Assembly: GCA_030141605.1 (NCBI GenBank)
Contig: JAQGDQ010000113.1
Span: 1 to 64,000, forward strand
DNA from: Tubiluchus corallicola
Taxonomy: Eukaryota; Animalia; Priapulida
Length of the DNA stretch: 64,000 nucleotides
Reading direction: 5' to 3'
Below are positions 51,537-64,000 of this stretch, one piece after another. The position numbers and the translations under genes are program-made. Below the pieces are notes generated by a model. It made no database searches, was not told the origin of the DNA, and was given only the letters and a program-made list of their open reading frames with translations. How positions within the stretch are numbered: the first letter of the stretch is position 1; each line of letters starts with the position of its first letter.

Positions 51537-54500
51537 TTAGTAGGCTTTTTGTGCTTGTGCGCCTGCAGCTACCGCCACCTGTCTGGTTCCCCATATCGGC
51601 TCTTCTTCGTCATAATTGTAATTTTCCCTAGGTTGTTCATAATCGTGCCCTTGTCTGTAACATGACATATAATATGTAACACACCCCGCCTGTTAATTAG
51701 TTTGTATCTGCATTTATTTAGTTCTCTTAGTGCTTCAGTAGCAACAATCAAGATGCTTTTGTTTGGCTGATTTGGTAATAAAATGTACATATTAAATCTA
51801 GTGAAAGAAAATTCTGTTGTAATTTGCACTAAATGTATCGTTTATAGTAACAACAACTACATTGTTTGTAAGAACGACAACAACAAAAACTATAATGGGC
51901 ACTAACACTGTTTCACACGGCAGCCCAAAACACTTTCAAATGTTTTTACCAAACCGTTTGGACAGGTAGTTCGAAGTCACTTTCAAACCGTTTTGTACTA
52001 AAATCTTTTGAGCGGTTTGACGTCAACAATGCATACAACTCGTTTTTTGTTTGACATACAGTTTTGAAACAAACAAGAAACGAGTTTTAGCATTGCCGAT
52101 GTCGCACTGCTCAAAGGATGTTGGTACAAAACGGTTTGAAAACGATTTCAAACTACCTACCAAAATAGTTTCAAAACAGTTTGATGAAAACGTTTTGCCA
52201 TTGTTGTTCTTATAAAACGATGTAGCTGATGTTACTATAAACAATACATTTCATGTAGATTACAGCAGCACTTTCTTACACAAGATACATTTTATTAATA
52301 TAATACATCTTTTATCATAGTTTATCAAATCAATCAAACAAAAGTATCCTGGTTGTTGTTAATGAAACTTTTAAGACAACAAAATAAGAGCAGACACAAC
52401 TACAGCATATAACATAATTTCAAGTAGGTTATACCGCCAAAATGTTACTTTTCGCTGAATTGTGTGTTATAGTTACCTACTTATGAGTTCACTCTTTTTT
52501 AAATGTTGCTGTTGTGGTTGTTGTTGTTGTTGTTGATGATGTTGTTGTTGATGATGTTGTTGTTATAGTTGTTGCTGCTGTCGTCGTCGTCATCGCCTTC
52601 GGTATTACCGTTACTGCTTGTTCTGATGAAATAATATGATTTATTGATTATACGCTACCTCGTTATAAGGTTTCGTATTGTAATTGTTGCCAAACATTAA
52701 CAACTCCTCTTTGCTATACTTGGTCCTCTTATCTTATTTATTTGTTTGTTAATTTCTTATTTATTTATTCATTCATTTACTTATTCTGTCAAGAAGGGCT
52801 ATTTCTCATTTTTGTTTTTTTTCAGTGTTGTAATACAACCAACTTGTAGCTCTTGTAACTTTTTTGTTACACTACATCTTCGTGTCCACATTCTACTTAA
52901 GTACAGGGCAAGCTTTTTTGCTTTGATTGCTTTCATAATGCACTTAGCAACACTTTCCTATTTCGTTTACTAATCGGTCAATATGCTAAATTTTGTGACA
53001 GCTAACAAAGAGGCAGGTGCTGCCCTCTCGCGGTGTAACTATTAATTTTTTGTTGCAGCAGCTGTCTGCTACATTAAACAATTCAAAGCACATTACGGTG
53101 TCCTGCCATTAGTACTTGTCTTGCCGGAACAAATTAAAATATTAATAGTTTTTTTACCGACGGACAAGTCCTCTGCTCTGCGGGCGATGTACACGATCAG
53201 ATTCCTGCACTTCTCTAAAAAGGGAGATTTGCTACTCTGTCTAGTTTTACTACTATCTGCGTACTTAATACTACTGTAGTTTTGCCATATTTTTTTGTTT
53301 TTAGAACTGACACACCAGTTGTATGTATAACAAGCAAGAAAGTTGTGATTTTATTTATTAAAAGTACTGAAAACATTATATTGACATTTAGAAAAATATT
53401 GGTTGAATTTTTCTTTTTAAAATGAAAAAAGGTAAAAGTTACAATATTAATGAAATGCCAAGCGAGTACTACACGTTGAACTTATGTTTGCAAGTATAAA
53501 TTTTCAAAAAAATAGACATCGTGTAGAAACTTCAGACATCTAATTTCTTGAGGAGAATGACATTGGTCCATTTGGTACAATGACATCAATTTGGCAGGAG
53601 GCATTCTGGCAAGCTTGCAATTTTTAGGTGTCGTCATTATCAGTTCATTGAAGCTATTGTGATTCATTGTGACATCAGATATCCGACTATCAAGTTGGTG
53701 GAGTGCAATGCTGAACGCTTTTAAGGATTTTTAACCCAAGAATTTTACTAAGGGAATCAAAAGCACTACCACCGTCTTGTCTGAGTTGTGTAGCTAAAGT
53801 GGTCCTCTGGCATGGAGATGCAAACATAGACACTTATGAAAACCTGCAAAGACAAAGTGTTTTTGAGAGAAAAGGGAAAACTAGTAGATTATCCAGGGAA
53901 AGAAAATAAGTAGTTCTAGAATTATAGTTACTAAAATGGAACAAATCAAAAGTTCTGATTGAGTAAAGTTAATAAAGAAGATTAAAAGCTTAATGGTTTA
54001 GATAGCAAAAGATGACAGAAAAGCAGCAGAAAAACCTCTTGTGCATGCATTTGTGTCCAATTCCTCGCTTGCGGTAACGAAAGAGCAGATAAAGTTAGCA
54101 GTATGAGTAGAGTCCCATACATCGTCGTTGAAACGACATGTAGCTGTTCATGAATTGACATTGAGGAACGTTCCGTCTTCCCATTTCTGACACCAGTGTG
54201 AAGAAAAATTATTATGTTTTATCGTCTCCATGGCCAGTATCTTTTGTCTCCAGTTTAGAATTTAATAACTAGCTAGTCAGATTTCATTGCATTGCATCAT
54301 TGTGTGCTCTATGCCAGGTTACTGCAAACTGAGGTGTAGAAGCCAGATTACACAAGGGCTTCGTCCGTGGTTGTCATTCTTTAATGTGGGGAATAGGTGA
54401 AGCAGTGGGTTTAAGCAGTGTATCGTGCCAAAATTTTTCTTGTATGTGCTTTTTTCACAGTGTTGTTATACTGTTTGCAACTTCTACTTGTAGTGCATAA

Positions 54501-56730
54501 TTCTGCATTGCTACAAGTTGTGGAGATAAAATGGTTTGCCATTATTTAAGTATAATGTTACTGTGTTAGTATAATCAGTTATGTGGTGCAAAACTGAACA
54601 TTGCGGAATAGTTTGAAGACTGCGCGATATTAATGTGTTGTATGTGATAAACGAAATATTGCGCAATATTATTGTCAATACTCTTGCTCCATAATCTACA
54701 ATTGACAATTGTATTATGCGTGTGTATACCTCAAAGGCTTCATACGAGCCGCCATAGCTGATGCATTTTATTATAATCCTTAAAGTGTATTTTACTAACT
54801 AGATTTGAGCATTTGTATCAAAAGTTTATCACTATTTGCTAGTACATGTATTTCCATTTCTCGATTTCATTATTTTTACTGGTATAATTGACGCATCTTA
54901 ATGCAAATAATAAATGATTAAATAAATAAATAAACAAGAAAAATAAAGTAAAATAAAATAAATGTCTTACGTTGTCTTATGCGTTTAGTCAATTATCCGT
55001 AGTTCAAGTTTACAAGGTAAATGATGTACTTACGCATGCTCGTACTCATATCCCCTCTTCTTTGTCGCTGATTCCTGTGACTCGGCTTGATCAGCGCTGT
55101 AAAGGGAACCAGCAGCTGTGCCTTCTCTTTGGTAAGAGATGCTGCTAGATTTCTTTCCCTCCCCAGATATGCCTCCCTCCACAATTGGTCCAATTCTGGT
55201 GGTGGTGAAGTAGCCAGGTCTCGAAGTTACTGGCTGAACTGCTTCCGGCCTCTGTTTTTTGCAAAAAAGGAGCAAAATTATCTATTGGTGAAGCTAAAAA
55301 TAATTTAGCAAATAAAAAGTGCATTCGTTGTTGAAACATACGAATCATTAAACGAATTATTTAAGGGAAGATGACAACAGCACAGCAAAATTTACAATCA
55401 CTCAATAAGCCAATATATATTTTGTATTCATAAGCAAAAAAGTTAGGAAAAATATCATATATAAATATTTAGATTTAGAGCTAATTTAGATCAGGAATGG
55501 AAGCAAATCTTGTACTTTTAAAAATATTTCTTTTTGCTTTATTCTTTTTAACATTAGAAAGAGTACTTTTGAATTGAAAAGTCAAACAGCAATAAATTAA
55601 GTTTAACTAATTAAACTAATTAGTAGTAGTAGTTTATCGTCCAAAGACCAAATAAATTCGAAATTCACAAAAATTAGGCATCAAAAGTAAACATTAAACT
55701 ATACACACTGAAGTACAGATAGGTTACGGAATTTGCAAAAAATTTTAAAATCCTTGGGATAAATACCCAATTTTGCTTCATTTTAAGGCATTTTATACTT
55801 CAGACAAGTGATCATGCTCACTGATTTATTATAATAATGAGTAAGCAACACTAGATGGATGACCATTGTGAGACCTGTTAAAAAGTAATTTCATCACTTA
55901 ATAGTCTTATATTTTCACTTGTTTTTAAAATGGTCACCATTATTATCAGCTTGCTACGGTGCACCATATTTGTACATAAGGCTGATACCTACCTTGTAAG
56001 ATGTAGTTTGTATTACCACTGGTGCTGAAGCTGGTGCAGAGTAGGTTGTGACTGGTGCAGTGTATGTGCTGCCACCACTGTAACTACTACCACCACGGCC
56101 ACCACCGCCACCACCGCCATAACCACCGCTATTGGCGGCAAGGAAGCCACCGTGGAATCCTGCTTGGCCTTGATCCCAGAGGGCGTCGTACGTACCGTGC
56201 TGGCTTCCTGCTGTGGAACCGGGTCCACCACTGAAGCCAAACCGGTTACCGCCGGTAACTGCCACACCCACTCCTCCGGTACCTGCTGTCTGGGGAAACC
56301 CACCAATGGCGCTTCCGTAGACCCTCCCGCCCTGGAGTCCGTTGCCATACGTGGTCGGGATGCGGTTCAGAGCGCTTCCATAACTTCCTCCGACAACGGT
56401 GTTCAAGCCGCCTCCATAAGATGGAACGCCCAAACCACCGCTTCCATAAACGCTTCCACCTCCTCCTAAACCACCACCGCCATAAGTGCCTCCTAAACCA
56501 CCACCGCCATAAGTGCCTCCTAAACCACCACCGCCATAAATGCCGCCTCCACCCACTAGCTGTTGTCCAGAGATGCTACCGCCTAATCCTCCTTGAGCAA
56601 TGAGGTTAGCTCCTGTGATACCGCCCTGAAGACCGCCCTGACCTATAAGAGCACTTCCAGAAAGATACGTTTGCGAAGAGACATCGTAGATGGCAACGGC
56701 CACCACGAAGAGAGTCAAACAGCTCTGCAT
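51537..56730 (-). CDS. Secreted Gly/Tyr-rich protein, family member F (357 aa) with the shared C-terminal domain
   Basis: Coding exons 56730-55993 (AAG|GTAGGT, phase 0), 55251-55034 (GC|GTAAGT, phase 2) and 51654-51537 (QGHDYEQPRENYNYDEEEPIWGTRQ...KAY*). Signal peptide MQSCLTLFVVAVAIYDVSS. Confidence 0.88.
51925..52200. mobile_element. Foldback/palindromic MITE-like element in the last intron of F
   Basis: Long imperfect inverted repeat centred near 52060 (TTTCAAACCGTTTTGTAC / GTACAAAACGGTTTGAAA; AACTCGTTT / AAACGAGTT). Confidence 0.75.
56463..56544 (-). repeat. Coding 27-bp repeat (YGGGGLGGT, 3 copies) in gene F
   Basis: CCTCCTAAACCACCACCGCCATAAGTG repeated. Confidence 0.9.
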
Positions 56731-56899
56731 AGTTTGAATCTAAAACGACATATTTAATTTCCATTACCAGAGCCTGCTTATTATGCTGATTGTGGTGGCG
56801 GGACCGGAAGGGCAGAGACGTCTTTAATGTCTACGTACAGTATCACTCAACATAGAGTATCACTCAGTTTTAGAAATGACTGTTAAATATCGTGTCAGA

Positions 56900-56975
56900 T
56901 AAAACGGCGTGGAAGCGTTTTCCACCTTACAACCCACTTGTTAACTAGGCCAGACGTTGCTTAACTTTGATCGCT
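56900..56975 (-). other. Possible decayed 5S rRNA-derived fragment
   Basis: TTAACTAGGCCAGACGTTGCTTAACTTTGATC resembles the reverse complement of the 5S internal region; short and diverged. Confidence 0.3.
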
Positions 56976-57928
56976 AAGCACACATCTTGAGCATCCAAAT
57001 ATTCACGGACCTGTTGCGGATGAATTCTACTGTTAACAGGTTGAATTCCTTTCATACTTGGGGTTACAAATACATTGGATATAAATATAAAGGTGGCCAA
57101 ATTTCTACTTGGCTTAAATTAAATCAACCTTGAGTCTCTGGAGTCTGAATCAGAGATTAGCACTCTACTGCTGGAAAAGACCAACAAAGCGGCTATAGTT
57201 CTGCGCTCTAATGAAGAGTTTCTTATGTACGTAAAATTATTAATGATCTCACATTGCGCTCAAACCAAATATTTGTATTCCATAATATTTTAATATGGGC
57301 AATTGTGACGTTTTGATGTTATTAGAAATATGGTGGTGAAAATATTTACTATCAGACATTCATATACATGACGACCACTACACGCTACCCGTAGACCATC
57401 AAAATTTAATGGCAGGTTTATCAAACAACTTGTGGTTTATGCTTCTGTAAAAATGCAAAATGTATTTGCAGTAAGGAAAGCTTTACCCCTTGCGTTTTAA
57501 TAACGTAATTAGCGATACCGCCTCAATACTACTAATAGAAGATACACAGCCTACATACGTTAATTATGCATTGTTTTTATCTTAGTAGCATTACATTCGT
57601 ATTGATGAATGGTATTCGTATATGCAATATGCAAACCACTTATAGTATGTGTTCTACTTGTAACCTACTGTGCTTTTACTTTTCAAAACATTCATATCTG
57701 CGTCAAAAATTGGCAGATTTTAAACAATTCTTCGAATATTAAGTTTAAGTCCCTGTTTTACTTCGGCAAGTTTATAGGTGTCATTTTACAGTTAAGTTAT
57801 CAGATATTTAATAACCATCGCGCACTATATCATCAATATTTCATTTCATTTTTGGCAATAAATACTGACCTTCAATCACTATAATTACACAATAATAACA
57901 ATACAACAGGCTAGACCTGCACACTCAC

Positions 57929-58006
57929 CCTATAGGCACACACTTTCACTACGTGAGATTCTCTATAACCCAACAAGACGAAAGTAGGTCCAAGTAGTAT
58001 TTTATA
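57929..58006 (-). promoter_or_regulatory. Predicted TATA box (58000-58006) and non-coding exon 1 of gene F (donor after 57929)
   Basis: TATAAAA followed by AGG|GTGAGT; matching acceptor at 56740. Confidence 0.6.
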
Positions 58007-58379
58007 TGAGCGAACTCTCACTTATGACACAGTTTTACACTCAGCAGCTCAACGAATTGACTTTCGCAAAGCTGGTGATGAAAAAGAGGACACCAGGACG
58101 TCAAAGCTAGATAGATTAATAATTTTATTGTCATTTGATACAGCATCTGCGTAGCTGACGTAGTTAATGTTTACCCATTGCCAGTGAAATACATGTAAGC
58201 ATCAATTGAAAAGCAAATCAGTTTTAAAGGCACTGATAAAACGTTTAATTTTTCAAAAACTGAGTAGAAAGTCGTATTCAGGATGTTAGATGTTGGCCGG
58301 TTCGTTGGTTAATTATTTGAGTACTGGGCTGATGTTGACGTCAGGTGGTTAGTCGGCTGGTTGTCAGCTGGACTGTCAG

Positions 58380-58583
58380 ATAGTTGGTTGATTATTTTTT
58401 CTTGGCCAGGAAGTTGGTTGTTGGTTGGCTGTCAGCTGGCAGTTTGGCTGGCTGGCCAGTTGGTTGATCGTTGGTTGTTTGGGTGATTGGTTTGTTAGTT
58501 GGTAGGTTGGTAGGTGGATAGGTAGTTAGGTAGGTGGGTGGGTGGATCGGTACGTGCGTACGTAGGTAGTTAGGTAGGTAGAT

Positions 58584-58630
<47 letters not shown>

Positions 58631-58700
58631 CGGGTAGATAAGTAGGTAGGTTTGTTGGCTGGGTGATCGGTTGGTTGGTTGGTTGGTTGGTAGGTTGATT
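58380..58700. repeat. Compound GGTT/GGTA/GGCA tetranucleotide tract
   Basis: Read directly. Confidence 0.9.
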
Positions 58701-59918
58701 AGCTATTGGTCGGCCTTCCGACTGGTTGACCTTTCAGTGTTTGTAAGACAGCTGAAGATGGATTGGCTGGTTGAACGGCCGGTTAAATGTCACATCAGTG
58801 AAAGAAACAAGATGACTTAATTTTAGTTTCTTAGCTCTATTCTTGGAACTTTCTAAAAACCTGTCATATTCCTCTATGCCACGCAAGTAGAAAATTTGTA
58901 TTTCTAGCATCAAATAAGACATTTTTAGTAGAGGAAATTGAGGTTGTTGCTGCTGGGTGTGACGTATTGTACATATTGTCTGTGTGTCGCACCAATGCAC
59001 AAATGGACAAAGGTGTTTGCCCTATTTATGCTTTACTGTCAAATAATAATACTTATTATTCGGTTCACGTAGTTAATTGCTATTATTGTCACGTAGAGTG
59101 GCCGCCCTCCGGCCTCCGGCCAGAAATCTCCAATGATGAATAAAATTATTGTTGACCCACAGCGGAAAGAAATTCACTGACGTGTTGGTATGTCGCTTAA
59201 ATATCAATTACTGGAAGATCTTGTTAAAAATCAGCCGTGAGAGAAGTTAAAATGTTTCAAACTGGGTCATTGTGATGTGATACTGATAAGAGATGTCTCT
59301 TACGATACAAACACGTCTGTAATTTATTTATGCCTTTTGTATTTACTTTCTTAAACTTGGTTCCAGACTCATGTAATGGATATTTGTGAATTACAAATGC
59401 AAGGTTTCCGATTCACGTCTTGACTGGGACACACATTTTTAGTGTTCTTTCTTCAGCTAGTTAACTTTGGGTAATTAAGTTAATTCTTTTTTCGTATAAA
59501 CCACGTATTAGATGTTACGACAAAAGACAAAAAGTAACAATAAAAGTTTAATTAAGTACATGGGTGATGTACAAATGTCAGATGAACTAAGCAGTGCATT
59601 TCTGTGCGTCTCTTCCTCATAATAATTATTTCAGATAATTGTCCCAAATGGCTATTTGATTGCTCAACAATAATTTCGTGCTTTTGTTCGTTTTACCGTC
59701 TTATCTTATGGGCGCCAAAATAAATTAAACTAAATCTAAATAAACAGAAAAACCAAAAAACGTAAATTGAACAAAAACAGGTTCAAGCGAAGTTTACTTA
59801 ACCTATATAATTAAAAACGTCTTCCAGTTAATATTAATGAAATAAACATAGCAACTAAAATTTGTAGTTTATTGCACGGAAATTTGCTTTTAAATCTTGA
59901 CCAATACACAACTGTTTT

Positions 59919-62900
59919 TGTTATAGCATATGTAGAGTATTGTTTTATGATTTGAACTTCATTAGATCTATGGGTATAGGAGTGTGTTGATAATTCTGTG
60001 TTTCAATAAATAGCATTCTGGGATTACCACTAAATGTCTGCTTTGTCTTTAAATGATCTGTTAGAAAACATGACAGAACTTGACGACGACAGGGGTTTTA
60101 AATAAAGTGAGACTGTAAAAGTCATAGCGTGTCTCTACACAATAAGAAATTACTGCGGATTATTTTCGATTTTCAGGGTGCACGCCCAGCAGACAGACAA
60201 CGTGGTTTTATAATAAAGAACAATGGCGAATGTCCGTGCACACGTCGGTAAAATTTCCGAGTTTAAACCAAGTTGAGAAGACTGGGGAAATTATTCAAAA
60301 AGGCTTCACTTATGGTTGCAGGTAAATGAAATCCCAGACGATGAAAAAGTTGGTGTTCTGCTGACATTGGTAGGAGCAGAAGCATTTGAATTGGTTAATA
60401 AATTTATGCATGCCTGAAGACCCGACTACAATTTCATTTGCGCAATTGACAGAAATATTGAGAACTCATTATGCTCCGCCTAGAACAGTAATGGGAGAGA
60501 GGTATAAATTTAGCAAATGCTCTCAGCAAAGTGGCGATTTTCTCTCAGATTTTATAGTGGCATTGAAAAAGCTAGCACTTACCTGTGAATTTTGTGAAAC
60601 TCTGAATGATCATTTGCCAGATCAGTTTGTTTCTGGCATTCGTTCTGAACACATAAGGAAAAAGTTACTGAGTGTTAAAGATCTCACGTGGATTAAAGCG
60701 TGTTCCGATGCAATTGCCATTGAAACTGCAGAGTGTGTGTCAGGTGAAATGATGACACAAGCTAGTAGTGGTAAAACTGACAGAACTACAGTAAATGCTG
60801 TACGCACAATTAAACGGCCCCAGTATCAACATCAGTCTAACAAGGGCAGAGGCAGAGTGCAAACCGACACGTAGCGCAGCATTCATCAAAGCTTGGGACT
60901 ACTATAGACCGCATTTGTAATAGGTGTAATGGCCACCATGATCCAGAAAAATGCTGGTATTAAAATAAGAGTTGCTTTAAGTGTGGCAAACAGAGCTATA
61001 TTTCGAAAGCATGTTTTTATAAATCAGAGAAAGCATGTAATACTGAGAAACATAAACGAATGTACCAAGTTACAGATGAATATTCTGATTGTTGTGAATT
61101 GTACACCATGTCTGATATTGGTAGCAATAATGCCGTTACTGCAAAAATGTTGATTAATGGATTGAAAATTCCATTTATTATTGATAAAGGACCATCTGTT
61201 TCAATTTTTCTGAGAGTTTGTATAGGGAAAAATTTAGCAATGTCCCTATGATGAATTCAGGCACAAGGTTGACTAGTTATTCAGGTGATGTAAACCCTGT
61301 ACTAGGTACTATAAATATTGATGTTGAATATGAGTCGCATAAAGTGCATCTGCCTATATTAATTGTGAAGGGTGTAGGTAGACCTGACCTCTTGGGTAAA
61401 AATTGGCAGTAAAATTAAACTGGAATGAAATTTTCTCTTTGGTTGAAAATAGAACAATGCTGTCCAATTTATTAGAAAAACACAAGTCTGATTTTGAATC
61501 AAACGGTATGCCCATTAAAGCTTTTAAGGCTGATGTAACTTTACCAGTAGGTTTTAATGTGAAACCAATTTTTCATAGGCCTAGACCAGTTGTATATGCC
61601 CTAAAGGAGCGTGTTGAGAAAAATTTAATTAAGGATTAAGGCTGTTGAGTCGAATGTGTTAACAAAAGTAGAGACTTCTGTGTGGGGAACACGTATAGTT
61701 GTTGTTCCTAAACAGAAAAATGATGTTAGGGTCTGTGCTGATCATATTCTGGACATATTCTCCGTCTACCAGAAAGTCGCTACGCCAAAACAGCAGTACA
61801 GTGGGAACCACCTGGTGGGAAACGAAAAAGAGGTCGGCCAAAAACAACGTGGCGCAGATCCTTCAAAGAAGACCTTCGAGCTGTCAACAGACGTTGGGAA
61901 AACGTAGAGAACGAAGCCGCCGATAGAACTCAGTGGAAAATGCTGTCTGCCCAATGTGCATCAATGCGCAGGAAGGACTAAGGTCTAAGGTAAGGTATCC
62001 CTTACCAACACCTGATGATATTTTTTTCAAAATTGCACGGTGGCAAGGTGTTTTCAAAAATTAACTTGTCAAATGCATAGCAAGAGTTGGAATTGCCAGA
62101 AGAGTCAAAGTCCTTGCTCACCATTAGCACGCACATCGGGCTCTTTCAGTATAATCGTCTTCCATATGATATCAAGACTGCCCCAGCCATATTTCAAAAA
62201 GTGATGGATCAAATATTGGCAGGGATAGATGGTGTAATGTCGTATCAAGATGATGTGCTTGTGAGCACTGATAGTATTTTAGTATATTGTCAGGTGTATT
62301 TGATACATTGGAAAAATACAATGAAAAGCTAATAAGGATAAATGTAAATTTATGACTCCGCCTATTGACTACTTAGGTCATGCAATAGATAAAGATGATA
62401 GACATCCTAAGGCAGATAAGGTTGAAGCCACTTGGGCTGCTAAAACTCCTAAAAATGTGTCCGAGTTAAGAGCTTATTTGGGTATGCTTAACCTCTACGG
62501 TAAATTTTTACCAAATTTATCTACTGTATTGTATCCACTGCTTAAACGCGATGTAAAATGGAAATGGTCTGATGAGTGTGTTGAAGCATTCAAAAATTCA
62601 AGAGTTATTACCCAATAATTATGATCTTTCCAAGCCTATTAAACTTGCTTGCGATGCATCCCCATTTGTGGTGGCTTGCTTTTTGTCTATAAAACTTCCT
62701 GATGGCACTTAAAAACCGGTAGCTTACGCTAGTAGAAATTATGCTCATTGCGAAAAGGAGGCTCTATCCATTGTGTACGGTGTTAAATACTTTCATAAAT
62801 ACCTATATGGAAGGAAATTTCATCTAATAATAGACCACAAAACACCCTTGAAAATCTTTGGACCAAAAACAGGCGTACCCACCCTAGCAGCTCTTCGCTT

Positions 62901-64000
62901 ACAAAGATGTCACTCATATTAATGGCTTATGATTACACTATTGTCTACAAAAAGGGTGCAGATGACTGTAACTGTGAAACCTTAACTAAATTTCCTAATC
63001 CATCAGCACCACCAGAAGTAGCGGAGTTACCAATAAACTATTTTACTTATGTTAATGAACTTTCTGTGACAGCCAAAGAGATTGAATCTGAAACAAGGAA
63101 AGACCCTATTCTTTCTTAAGTGTGGCACTATATGATGAACACACATTCATGATACGGATTTAACTCCTAACTTTCGTAGGAGAGATGAACTATCTGCAGA
63201 TCAAGGTTGTATTCAGCGGGGTGTATGTGTGGTAGTACCACCAAAGTTCCGTGAACGAATCTTAAAAAGGAACTTCATTCTGAACACCTTGGCATTGTTA
63301 GCACAAAAGCATTGGCAAGAAATTGTCTCTGGCACCCTTCAATTGACTACGATATCGAGATGATGATTGGTAATTGCAATATTTGCTAAACAATGAGGAA
63401 CGATCCAGCCCTATCACCTTTGTTTCCATGGAAGCAAGCTTTAGCCCCATGGGATCGCATTCACATTGATTTCGCGACATTAAAGGACAAGGGCTACCTA
63501 ATATTGATCGATTCCTACTCTAAGTGGTTAGAGGTCTTTATGATGAACTCCATGACTTCTCAGAGAACAATTGATGTTCTACACAGTGTTTTGCACGTGA
63601 GGGTCTACCAAAGGAATTGTTCTCGGACAACGGCCCACAGTTTACGTCCTCGGAGTTAACCGATTTCATACAGAATAATGGCATGAAGCACACACGAGTG
63701 CCGGCATACCATGCACGTTCTAATGGAGCTGCAGAACGCAGTGCCCAGATTGCAAAGCGAGCTTTGAAGAAGCACATGCTGATGAAAGAAGCTGGTGAAA
63801 TTAGTGACACCAGAAGGCTGGATAACTTCTTGTTCAATAATCGCACAACTCCTCACTCAGTGACTGGAAGGTCACCTGCAGAACTGTTTCGTAAAAGACA
63901 GTTGCGAACCAGGCCATCAATGCTTAGACCAGATCTCTACAGCAAAGTTAGTGACAGTCAAGCTAAACAGAACGCTTACCACGACATTAACCCTCCTGCA
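59919..64000 (+). mobile_element. Degenerate Ty3/Gypsy LTR retrotransposon (Mag-like), running off the right edge
   Basis: Candidate short 5' LTR 59919-60075 (TG...CA, AATAAA) and PBS-like TGACGACGA. gag from ATG 60223 with two Zn-knuckle remnants, then protease (IDKG), RT (YPLP, YQDD), RNase H (LACDAS) and integrase (WDRIHIDFA, SDNGPQF, SNGAAER). Many stops and frameshifts. Confidence 0.93.
61744..61995 (+). mobile_element. 5'-truncated RTE-clade LINE 3' end nested in the Gypsy RT
   Basis: GHILRLPESRYAKTAVQWEPPGGKRKRGRPKTTWRR...DRTQWK...RKD* followed by a (TAAGG)n tail. Confidence 0.85.

Noticed and set aside
53400-54500. Coding-like stretch in an intron of F
   Set aside because: Stops in the frames I read and no recognisable motif; possibly an old transposon but unsupported

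Overview
AT-rich, intron-containing animal genomic DNA, probably an invertebrate; the taxon cannot be fixed from the sequence. Left part (1-17 kb): tandem CYP4V-like cytochrome P450 genes. There is one complete 10-exon gene (8287-16624, +, 525 aa), an intact exon 4-10 block (1480-5692, +) and a paralogous exon 1 on the opposite strand (71-299, -). Middle part (18-58 kb, all on the - strand): a tandem family of secreted Gly-rich low-complexity proteins. It has four intact genes, one decayed duplicate and one short relative. The four intact genes share a roughly 90-aa Tyr-rich C-terminal domain that I do not recognise, split by a conserved phase-2 intron. They also share a TATA box with a short non-coding first exon, and a conserved 3'UTR motif. 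Right end (59.9-64 kb): a degenerate Mag-like Ty3/Gypsy element carrying an inserted RTE fragment. LINE fragments, MITEs, minisatellites and microsatellites are scattered throughout. Exon boundaries were read by hand; no database search was run.
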